This document shows, piece after piece, positions 1-22,030 of a stretch of DNA of 64,000 nt. Position numbers and translations under genes: made by a program. Under the pieces are notes generated by a model. That model ran no database searches, was not told where the DNA came from, and was given only the letters and a program-made list of their open reading frames with translations. Source of the DNA: Antechinus flavipes (lineage: Eukaryota); assembly GCF_016432865.1 (NCBI RefSeq), contig NC_067399.1, positions 640,832,001-640,896,000 of the forward strand. Direction: 5' to 3'. Each line of letters starts with the position of its first letter. Positions within the stretch are counted from its first letter, which is position 1.

Positions 1-110
1 TAAAGCTACCATCTTATGAATCAAGAGTGAAGATTATAGCAGAAAGTATCTGAGAGAAAGAAGATAAAGCTCATCAAAAATAGCCACCAAGTTTTTTTGG
101 TTAGATATGG

Positions 111-1256
111 TGTAAGGATATGATACATTTCACATTGTTATACCACAGTTTCCTTTAATTGTCCTGCCTCAGTTTCCCTAAATTATTCTACCTCAGTTTC
201 CCTGAAGTGTTCTGCCTCAGTTTTCCTTAACTGTTCTACTTCAGTTTTCTTGAATTGTTCTGCCTCATGACTAGCAGGATGAATACGGAGAGGACTGGTG
301 AGACTTATGTGCTAAGTGAAATGCTAAGTGAAATGATGCTGAGTGAAATGAGCAGAACCAGGAGATCATTATATACCTCAACAATGATACTGTTTGAGGA
401 TGTATCCTGATGGAAGTGGATCTCTTTGATAAAGAGAGCTTTAATTGATCAAAGATGGGCAGAAGCAGCTACACCCAGAGAAAGAACACTGGGAAATGAA
501 TATAAACTGCTTGCATTTTTGTTTTCTTCCTGGGTTATTTCTACCTTCTGAATTCAATTCTCCCTGTGCAACAAGAAAACTGTTCGGTTCTGCACACATA
601 TATTGTATCTAGGATATACTGTAACCTATTCAACATTGCTTGCCATCTAGGGGAAGGGGTGGAGGGAGGGAGGGGAAAAATCGGAACAGAAGTGAATGCA
701 AGGGATAATGCTGTAAAAAAATTACCCTGGCATGGGTTCTATCAATAAAAAGTTATTAAAAAAAAAAAAAGAAAGAATTGTTCTGCCTCAAACCTCTGGT
801 TGCAACCCCACTTCTTGACCATTAGAACTGATATAAATTAGGACAAAGATAACTAGCCCTGACCATTAGCATTCTATAGAGCCATAAATTGTTGATAGGT
901 TATTTAGAGATAGGTAAGCATATCTTCTATATTCAGACATTCTGGCTCCCAGGAAGTTATCAAGAATTTATGGTCCTTATCCTCAACTTGTCAGAATCAG
1001 ATTTATGGTCCGTTCCTGAAAATTCCCACTCACCAGTGCTCTACTTCCCCCACCCCCCACCTTCGTCTTTCCTGATCACTGGAGTTCTATAAAAATCCCT
1101 GGAATTTTTCACTTGTTGCTGAATAATTTGATATTCGAGTCCCATTCAGTCTGCAGAGGTCAACATGGATCCTGTTTTGGCCTCAATCTCTCCCTCTCAA
1201 ATAAAATATTAAAAACTCTCTAATTTCTATCTTGCCTCAGTTTCTCCAGCATTACA
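111..1256 (+). mobile_element. Solo LTR (family A, copy 1), interrupted by an L1
   Basis: TGTAA...TTACA termini, TATAAAA near 1088, AATAAA 1200-1205, and internal ctgcctcagtt repeats; homologous along its length to 1879-2435. Confidence 0.75.
268..774 (+). mobile_element. 5'-truncated young L1 (3' UTR plus poly-A) with 16-bp TSD
   Basis: G-rich polypurine tract, AATAAA and A-tail; GAATTGTTCTGCCTCA at both 252-267 and 775-790; nearly identical to the L1 at 26341-26784. Confidence 0.9.
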
Positions 1257-1389
1257 ACATCAGTGACAATGCAGAATCAGAAAATGAAGTATCCACATAC
1301 CAAGTGGTGGAAGAGTGATTCACAATGTGAGGAACTCACATGACACATTTATCACAGCCACAAAGGATGCCATTTATTTTGTGAATTGG

Positions 1390-2692
1390 TGATGAGGTCT
1401 TCAATGTTAGCTGTGATTAGCAAAGGAATTGATAAAAATTAATCCATGAGGCAGTCAGGGAGAAGGCACTGATAGAGATCAGTTTAGCTCCGTGGTCCCA
1501 CCTCTGGGGAAGCATCCAGTTTCAAATCCAAATTATGTCAGACCCCTGAAACCCATTCTTGGTAGAGGTCTCAAGCAGTCTTACCTTGATATATTCTGTC
1601 AGAAAGCCCAGTCATGTCCCTGAGGTTAAATTTTCCCAATAAAATCTATTTATGGGCCATCCCATGGCTGCTACTTTCCTTTAGGTCAGTCCCTCATGAC
1701 ATTATGCCTCAAAGTGTCTTTCCCTTTCCCCTTTTCCCCATGCATGTGTTTTTTTCCCCTAACTCCACTATGCTTCTCAACCCCACTTTTCCTTACAGCT
1801 AACTCTTTTGGGGTGCTAAGTTCCTTTCAGGATTTAGCCTGCCAGCAAAGACATGTCCCCAACCTCCCTTTTTACTAATATTGTGCCACTGTTTCCTTTT
1901 ATTGCCCTGCCTCAGTTTCCCTAAATTGTTCTGCCTCAGTTCCTTGAATTGCTCTGCCTCAATCCCCCTGGTTGCAACCCACCCTCCCCACCCCCACCCC
2001 CTGACTATTAGAATTGATATAATTTAGGGCTGGCTACTGTAAGGTCATAAATTGTAAATGTTTAATCTCAGATAAGAGAAGATCTTCTGTTTCAGACATC
2101 TTGGCTCCTAAATCCTTCTAAGTTATCAAGAATTTATGGTCCTACCCCAACCTGTCAGAACCGAATTGATGATCCCTTGCTGGAAATTCCCTCACTCACC
2201 AGTGTTCAAACCCTACCCCTTGCCTTTGTCTCCCCTAATCTATAGAGCCATATAAAAATCATTAGAATCTCACATTCCATGCTAAATTCTTTGAGACGAA
2301 AATCCAATTCAGCCTTGGGGGGACAAATGGATTCTCATCAGCTCCCCAGAAAATCTCTCACTCTCAGAAACTCGAATAAAATATTAGAAACTCTCTATCT
2401 AATCTCTATCTTGCCTCAGTTTCTCTGGCCTTATACTGGGATGCTCCCTTTCTACTGGGTAATTGTGAGTTCACTGAGGAATTTATCTTTCATATGCTCT
2501 CCCACTTTATTTTATATTTGCCGTTTCTGGTATCTATTGTATCTCTTTATTTTGTCTATAACTTTTTTCCTAAATAAATCTACATTTTGCCAAAGAGAAT
2601 GGCTATTATGAATTTTTCACATGAGCAAACCCAGCTTTTGGTTTCTACCATCATCTGGTGTCTACATCACCTATGGTCCTTGAACCACATCA
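1390..2692 (+). mobile_element. Solo LTR (family B, copy 1), interrupted by LTR A copy 2
   Basis: TGATG...CATCA termini, 5-bp TSD attgg/tttgg with one mismatch; homologous to 49868-50565 and 52287-52913. Confidence 0.7.
1879..2435 (+). mobile_element. Solo LTR (family A, copy 2) nested in LTR B
   Basis: Colinear with 136-1256 once the L1 is removed; AATAAA near 2375. Confidence 0.75.
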
Positions 2693-2759
2693 TTTGGTGC
2701 TGAACCCCATATCACAAACCATATCAATGTAACACAGGCTAAATCAAATAACTAGACAA

Positions 2760-3430
2760 GACTGAATCTTATATGATTAAACAAGATGTTTCTAATATTT
2801 TGGAGTTTTAAAGTCTGAGAGAAGAGAGAATTACAGAGGAGTTGGGAAGGAGTTAGGAAGGAGTTGGGAAGGAGGTAGGGAGAGGTCAGGCTGGGCCTGG
2901 TAGAGAACAAACTTACTTGGGCACAGACATAACCAAGACCAGAGTCAAGGTTAAATCAAGTTTTAAGATATACTAATCAAGACAGACTCAGGAGTTAGCC
3001 TAACTCTGTAACAATGGAAACAGGATGGGTAGATTAAAGTTCTGACAATGGATTAAAAGCTCCTTTTCCATATGAATAAGAGATTTTTAGGCTAGACTAG
3101 ACCCTTTTGTAAATATCAATTGACATTTTTTTTTAATATAAAGCTTTTCATTTTCAAAACACCTGCATAGTTTTCAACATTCACCTTAGCAAAATCTTGT
3201 GCTCCAAAATTTTTTTTCTCCTTCCCCTCTCCATACCTCTTCTGTTAAGGACCATGCCTAAGTGAAGGGGCAGGTCATTTCTCCCAGAGCCTCCACAGCT
3301 GTGGATCATAACTCTGAAGGAGTTGCAAAGCAGCCTTTACTGACACAGGTGTTGCTTGTGGACTAGGAATGAAATAATTTGGAGGCAGAGGGAAGAGGAG
3401 ATTAGAAGAGATCACCTAGCTGTTAAAAAG
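2760..3430. mobile_element. LTR-like fragments plus a minus-strand L1 3' remnant (about 3128-3235)
   Basis: A segment ending ...ctctgtaaca, a T-tract-led L1 tail remnant, and a tgttaaggga... segment. Boundaries are approximate. Confidence 0.45.
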
Positions 3431-4904
3431 AGCCACAAATGGACAAAATTTTAACAATGTTGAAGATAAAATGAAAATCATTTGACTAGGTTACCGACTT
3501 TTTCAAATATCTTCTTCTTCTAAAGAACAATCACTACACTTATCATTTAAATGCAGTATAGACAGTCTATTTCACATTTTGATTACATTCCAAATAGTCC
3601 TAGTGAATCTTATTGTTTTCAAATTATGCTTTCTAATAGCATTTCTAGCTTTCCACTATCTTCTGTCTTGTTTACCAAACCCAAATGAAGTCTTTGACAA
3701 ACTGGAGAACACACATTTGAATATTTAAGAAGACCATTAATGAGAGGAAGAGTACTACTTATGCTTTCCAGACAAATGTTTCTACTATATGATTGCTCTC
3801 ATTCAATCAATCACAACATTCTAAACAAAGAGGATTTAATCTCCTAATCTTATAAATGTCTCACATTCTTTTTATCATTCTTGAATATTAGCAGCACTCA
3901 TATATATTTTCCAAAATGATAATGCAAGAAGACACTTATAAAGACAGCACTAACTTAAAACATCTTATGAATTTAAAAATAAAGACAAAACATTCAAGAT
4001 GCCAAAGTTAGACAATCCAACCCAAATGTTCATTTGGACTATTTGTGTCCGATTTGTGGCAGAGCATTGCAAACTTATATCGGTTTAATCAGCCACAGTC
4101 AGAAATACTAACTTGACTCTAACATGAAATAAAGGACAACAACCAACTAACTAATCTGCTGCTACCAGAATAAAGGGATCTGCAGCCTGGTGCAGTAGAT
4201 GCTACTTGTAGTATATATTTAAAATCAAAAAGACTTGGGATTCAGATCCAGCCTCTGATACATGCAGGCTATTTGACCAAAGCAAATCATTTCATCCCTG
4301 CCAACTCTCTAAGATTATAAATTACAAAGAGATTGTTGATCTGCATCAAGGAAAGGAAGTTCAAGCTGGGGACTTTCCCACACCAATGTAATCACATATC
4401 TGAACAACAATAATAACAAAAGGTGCTTTGGGCACCTTTTTCTTCATGAAGCTTTCCTTGAGTCACCCCAGTATAATTGCTTTTTCTCCATTTGAATCTC
4501 TCATGCCTCTCTCGTTGGACCTTTTCTATTAACTTACTAACCATTAGACTCATTAGAATATAACCAATTGTATTCTAATTATTTGTATTATCATGGTTCC
4601 TTACTAGATTGCAAGTTCTTTGAAGGCAAAGGATCTTTGAAATCCCACTCTCTAATACAGCAAATCTTACACATAGTAGGTGTTTAATAAATGTTATTTG
4701 AGGTTGAGAAACATAATTGACTGGCATATTGGGTTTGTAACTGATAGCAAAAGCATCAGAAAACTTAAAAAAAAAAAAAAAAACCCACTACAGGAGCTTG
4801 GGAGACATTTGTCTGGGAGTTTAGATTTGCTACTCAGTTGCATAGATAATAATGGCCAACATTTATAGCAGTTCTCTAAGGGCTACAAAGCACTTTACCT
4901 ATAA

Positions 4905-5140
4905 TCTCTCTTTTTTTATATACATAGCTTTTTATTTACAAATATATGCATAGGTAATTTTTCAGCATTGACAGTTGCAAATCCTTTTGTTCCAACTGTT
5001 TCCTTCCTTTCCCCCAACCCTTCCCCCAGATAGCAAGTAGACCAATACATGTTAAATATGTTAAAGTATAAGTTTTTTTTAAAAATTATTATAGCTTTTT
5101 ATTTACAAGTTATATGCATGGGTAATTTTACAGCATACAA
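4905..5140 (-). mobile_element. Two adjacent L1 3'-end fragments
   Basis: Both begin with a T-tract plus agctttttatttacaa...tatatgcat(a/g)ggtaattt, the reverse of an L1 tail. Confidence 0.7.
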
Positions 5141-5721
5141 TATCTCATTTAAGTCTTACAATAATTCTATGAAGTAGGTACAATGGCTATCTCTGGAAAA
5201 CTAAGGACTAAAGAGGTAACACATACCTGGCAATGTCAATATTTGAACCTAGATTTTCTGAATTCTCATCCAGTGCCCTATAACAACTTCACGTCAGCTG
5301 AGACCATGGGCATAGAAAAATTGACAAAAGAATTGACAAAATAAGGAGAGAAGCCTAGAGAAGGGTTCAGAATAGACTCTAAAGACACCCACATGTACAT
5401 TTAGGGCTCAGAAAGAAGAGAGTCTAGACAGAGGAAGGCAGGAGAGTGTGATTTATTGCAGAAAAAAAGAGATAAGGGACTTTGTCATTGCTAGCTTTGT
5501 GGACACTGGCAGAAAGAGATGGTTGCAGATGGGTTAAGGAATATGATGTAACAACACTCCTGGGTATCCTAAATTTCACTTCCTGTACTTTGATCTACGG
5601 ATCAGTTTCCTCCTTCAATTGGGAAGTTTGCTTTTTGTAAGGACCCTCTCTGGGTTGATTTTGTATGGCCAGTCCTTAGCATGGTTGGGTTTAAATTATT
5701 GTCCTTTGCTCTTAAAAAGGA

Positions 5722-5869
5722 TCTCTCTCTCTGTCTGTCTCTTTCTCACACTCTCTGTCTCTCACACTCTGTCTGTCTCTCTCTGACTGTCTCTCTCTCT
5801 CTCTGTCTCTCACTCTCTCTCTCCCTGTCTCTGTCTCTCTCTGTCTCTCTGACCCTGTCTCTCTCACTC
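5722..5869. repeat. (CT/CTGT)n microsatellite
   Basis: Seen directly; it runs into the gap. Confidence 0.95.
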
Positions 5870-6268
5870 NNNNNNNNNNNNNNNNNNNNNNNNNNNNNNN
5901 NNNNNNNNNNNNNNNNNNNNNNNNNNNNNNNNNNNNNNNNNNNNNNNNNNNNNNNNNNNNNNNNNNNNNNNNNNNNNNNNNNNNNNNNNNNNNNNNNNNN
6001 NNNNNNNNNNNNNNNNNNNNNNNNNNNNNNNNNNNNNNNNNNNNNNNNNNNNNNNNNNNNNNNNNNNNNNNNNNNNNNNNNNNNNNNNNNNNNNNNNNNN
6101 NNNNNNNNNNNNNNNNNNNNNNNNNNNNNNNNNNNNNNNNNNNNNNNNNNNNNNNNNNNNNNNNNNNNNNNNNNNNNNNNNNNNNNNNNNNNNNNNNNNN
6201 NNNNNNNNNNNNNNNNNNNNNNNNNNNNNNNNNNNNNNNNNNNNNNNNNNNNNNNNNNNNNNNNNNNN
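5870..6268. other. Assembly gap (399 N)
   Basis: Run of N. Confidence 1.
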
Positions 6269-7635
6269 CTGTTTGATTCCAACTCAAACCGCCCCCCAGC
6301 CTCCAGCCAAACTCTGAATTATAAAAAGAGGACCTAAACATTTGCAGGAACTTTTCTCTCCTCGGCATAGCTGCGACTCCGCTGACTGAAGAAAACATTC
6401 TCTTTTCTGCATTACTCCCTCTTCATCTCTCTCACCTATTTCCCTAACATGGCTCTATTCCCTCTCTGTCGAAATGTCTCTGCTCCCCTGCCACTAAGAA
6501 AGTCAGCCTGCAAAAGCTGAATTCTCGGTTCCAATAATAAACTTCTTTTGCCGGTTTAACTTTCCGGGTTTGTAAATTCATTTACCAAGGACCTGCACTG
6601 ACAGGAGGGGGTTCCCACAACTCCCTGCCCTGCGCTGAACCTCATCAAAATGACTTCACTACCTTGGAGTCCAATTGCCAAGTGTCCGTGGCCGGCCAGC
6701 TCAACAGCAGCTTGAGATGCTCTGTCACAGATCGGACACGAATAGTCCCCAAGAACATTTGGGCTGGCTTTGCACACAGCAGGCTTTTACTGCTGAATTA
6801 AATTAACTAGCTTTCTTGTCTTTCTTTTTGCAGATGAGAAAACGGAGGACCAGAGAAGGGAGGGGATCTGATCAAGGTCACACAATCGCCTCTAAAGGGA
6901 GACACCACCGGCATCCCCAGGTAGACTTTAGTGGAGACTCCATAGACTCATAGACTAATTGGCATCCGAGAGTGTAACAGGAATCAACCACGTGGGGGCG
7001 CTGCCTGGACGGAACTAAGTCAGGGGGCGTGGCCTCATGCTCAATTCATTCGGCTGGGGGGAGGGAGAAGTAGAGAGAGTTCTTAGCACAGATTGAGCGA
7101 GTAAAGAAACTACCATAGAGTATGCCATGCTAGAGAGAACCTGGAGACAGCTCCCGGTAGCCTGGATACAGGCATTAGCTCCCGAGGTTGGAGCGAGGGC
7201 GCCTCCTGGTGGCCTCGCGGCCTTTTTGTCCCTTTGGGGGAAACGCCTTCCGTCTCCTCTTTCCGTCCCCTCCTCCCGCTCGCCCTCTGGCCGCCCTCGT
7301 TGCAAGATGGCCGCGGCCAGTCACGAGGTCGGACCAAACAGAATGTGGTTTGTCCTCCAGGCGCCGCCGTAGCCCCGCCTCCTCCCTCTACCCCCCTTCC
7401 TAGCGGCCTCGTGGCGTCCGCAGACACCTGCCTCTAGAGCGCGCGCGCACGCGCGTCGCAGGGGCTGGCTCGCGCCCACGCCCGCCCGCCCGCCCCGTCG
7501 GTTCCCCTTGGGCGCGCTCGGTGCCAGCCTCCCCCGCGCGCATGCGCCGCGCGCCCTCTCGCGCTCCTCAGCCTAGGTCCTGAGCAGTCGGCAGTCAGTG
7601 GCTCGGTCGGTCCGTCGCCTTCGTCCGCTGTCACC

Positions 7636-19162
<11,527 letters not shown>

Positions 19163-20239
19163 ACTCTTATGGGTAAGGAGCAGCAGTGAAAATAGTGGTT
19201 TTCTATCACCATTATGTATTCTAAAAATGACCTAGACAGTTCTACACCCCAGTAAGCAAGAGGAGATGAGCATTGAGTAGGAGGGCCACTGGAGGACAGA
19301 ATATTGAGTATGCTTTGACAACTGGTTTGAGATACTGTTTAATAATCTCAATCCTGTTCCTATATCCCCCTCAGGAAACCCAACAACAATCATCCAACAC
19401 TTAAACTTTGTGGTCATAGGTGTGACATTTTAAAAGGTTTGAAAGACATAATTTCTCAATAATTTAATAATTTTATTAATGCCAGAATCTTAATAATGCT
19501 AATAATTTACAATTAGAACAATTTTAACAAAAGGATGATTTCTCTTAGATAAAAGGCAATCATGGCAGCAGCTTAGACTTATATATACTCTTTTGTAAGG
19601 GGTGTACCCCCTGTTGGCTACAACTCTGATTGGCTACCAGTTAATGAGAGAATGAATATTATAATAAAGGCTTGTCCTGAACTGAGATTACATCATTTAT
19701 TTAAGTTAATTTCAGCCATGGCATTTATTCAAAGAATTTATCCCCACCCAAACCTGAGACGAACACAGGGGCTTCCCCACCTGAGTTGGTTGTGGATTGA
19801 GGAGAAAGAGCATGAGATCTTAAAATGAAAATGAAAAGAAAAGGGAGAAATGTGAATCTCCCCAAATCATTGGTTATTAATAACTTCTCACTGGCTTAAA
19901 AACAATTGAAGAGTGTTTATACAAGTTTATGGAGTAAGAGTTATCACAAATGCTATGGAGTAAGAGTTATCACAAATGCTATTTCACTAATGTTTCTCTG
20001 AAGAGCTCTCAGTTGGGTACTGCCATCTGCAAATCTGCCCTACATGGCTATTTGAGGGAATTTACAGACTCTGATGCTCTTCTGTAAAAAGATACATTAG
20101 AATATGCTTTATGACACATCTTCTGATCTATAACCATTAGACATTGAGATATTTGTGTTCACCAATACTTAACTCTTATTTCCAAGATTAAAATAGCAAG
20201 ACTTAAAAATATTTGTTTTATAATAGTAATAGATAGAAG

Positions 20240-20500
20240 GAGTTGAGGGAAGGGAGCCAGCACTATTACCTACTATGTGCTGGTCATTGTGCTAACTAAG
20301 CACTTCATAAGTACCTCATTTGATTCTCACAACAATCCTGGGAGGTCTGGATACTATTTTTATCCCCATTTTGCAGTTAAGAAAATTGAGGCAAACAAAG
20401 GTTAAGTGACCTTGGCCAGGGTCATACCAGCTACTAAATATTTGAGGTCAAATTTGAACTCCACTTTCTTGATTCTAGGCCAGTGCTCTACACTGAGCTG
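20240..20500 (-). mobile_element. MIR/Ther-1 CORE-SINE (one example; similar copies near 4.2-4.4, 12.4-12.9, 21.3-21.5, 24.9, 25.6, 34.9, 50.6-51.0, 51.6-52.3, 59.6-60.0 and 62.1 kb)
   Basis: cacaacaatcctgggagg...atccccattttgcag...gaggcaaacaaaggttaagtgaccttggccagggtca, the MIR core. Confidence 0.85.
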
Positions 20501-21623
20501 AGGGATAGAAATTAGGTTGTGCTGTGTAAGTTTAATAGAAATGGGCCAATTAACAGTGGGTAGGCACTGTTCAAGTGGGTAAATAAGCAATAGTCTGACT
20601 TGTAAATCTCGTTGGGTTGTCATTAATTATTAATAATTCAATTTATATGGTGCTTTGAAGTTTATAAACATGTGTGGTGCAGGTATAAATGAGTACAATT
20701 AGCTGATGTATGTATGTATGTACAAAATGTTGAATTATCTTAACATTTGAGCATTTGAAGAATGCCATTTTAATTTGGCAGTCATCAAGCATGCACCATC
20801 TGCAAAGCCTAATTCTTCTTGATTAACTTTGCCTTATAAATGCTTTTGACATAGTGCTACTTAATCAATATTGTTGACAAATGTGTCCATTGGCAGCTCA
20901 AGTTACTAAAAGTATTTTCTTTTGGGAGATTTTCACTATGCAGAGATGTTCTGTATTATTTGTCAAATGGATTTAACTGTAGCCCTAAAAGAGTCCTTAG
21001 AGGCATCTAATATGTTCATTTCTCAGATAAAGAAATCGGCAGACAAGTTCTCTAGAAAGTGTCAAACTAGTTTTCACATCCAGTCCAGCTGACTGAAAAC
21101 CAAGAATTCTTTTCACTGTCCCATGGGGCCATAAGCTCATGACTTGGTTTCTTTCTGTTTCATGTTCTTCCCTTCAAAAGAAATCTGTTATGCATGGATA
21201 AGCCAAAATCAACTGTCTTTTCTTAGCAAACGAAAACTAAAACCTTGTCACATCTTTGTAAATGAAGGTAACTAGCAAAGGTTAGAATTGGCAGGCAGAA
21301 TGGCACCATGGAAATCCTAGGGTAGAGAGAGTCAAAGGACCTGGATTTAAATCCTGTCTCTGCTATTCACTTAGCTCTGTGATCTTGGATAAGTCATTTA
21401 TTATTTTACCTCAATTTAATCATCTCTAAAATGAGAGGCTTGAACTATATGTTCTAATGTCTCTTCCAGTTTTAAAACTTAATGATCCTATGGTGTTTGT
21501 ATAGCATTTTTTCCCCTTAGAACAGTTGCAGTTGTTAGGTGACATTAAATGATTAAAAAAAGATGAGCCAAGAGCTCAGAGACATAAATGTCATTCACTC
21601 ATTCTTTCCTTTTTCTCTTTCAG

Positions 21624-21785
21624 ATGAGCTTCCTAAGGATTGATTGGTAATGCTACTTGATTATACACACACATTTACCTGGAGATGCTGATGATAAAAT
21701 ATTTGAACATGTTTTTCTTTATTGAGTCCCAGTCTGTATAATATTTACTTGGACCTTAATAAAAGGGAAACAGTTTGAACTTAAT
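21624..21785 (+). other. COX5A: COX5A non-coding terminal exon 5 (3' UTR)
   Basis: Pyrimidine tract ctttccttttctctttcag| acceptor; resembles the mammalian COX5A 3' UTR as I recall it; AATAAA at 21758. The 3' end is approximate. Confidence 0.85.
21758..21763 (+). terminator. COX5A: COX5A polyadenylation signal AATAAA
   Basis: Canonical hexamer near the end of exon 5. Confidence 0.85.
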
Positions 21786-21828
21786 TTAAGAAGTTGTTAC
21801 CTGAGTTTACATTAAAAAAAAAAAAAAA

Positions 21829-22030
21829 TGTTGTTCAGTCGTGTCCAACTTGTCATGACACTAATTAGGGCTTTCTTGCCAGAGATACTGGATGGATTTC
21901 CTTCTCCAGCTCATTTTGTAGATGAGAAAACTGAGGCAAATGGGATCCAGTGATTTATCCAGGGTCATACTGCTAGTAATGTCTAAGACTTCCTGATTCC
22001 AAAACCAGTGTTCTAACCATATGACACCAT
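21829..22030 (-). mobile_element. MAR1-type CORE-SINE (RTE-derived tail)
   Basis: Reverse strand carries the CORE (cagatgagaaaactgaggca) and the tail (gttgttcagtcgtgtcc). Confidence 0.75.

Larger units (their letters stand above)
5547..6647 (+). mobile_element. LTR-like element spanning the assembly gap
   Basis: TGTAAC...CATCA ends, near-TSD atatga/aaatga, TATAAAA 6320-6326, AATAAA 6536-6541. Continuity across the N-run is assumed. Confidence 0.55.

Noticed and set aside
2693-2708. tttggtgctgaacccc as a tRNA-Phe primer-binding site
   Set aside because: tttgg fits the 3' TSD copy of LTR-B1, similar words occur inside the LTR-B 3' end, and no internal retroviral sequence follows.
5681-6398. 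Long ORFs (218, 228 and 178 aa) around the gap
   Set aside because: Artefacts of the CT microsatellite plus 399 N; the residues are SL/RE repeats and X.
1-7000. RPP25, the expected syntenic neighbour upstream of COX5A
   Set aside because: No matching ORF or CpG island in the window; it probably lies further left.
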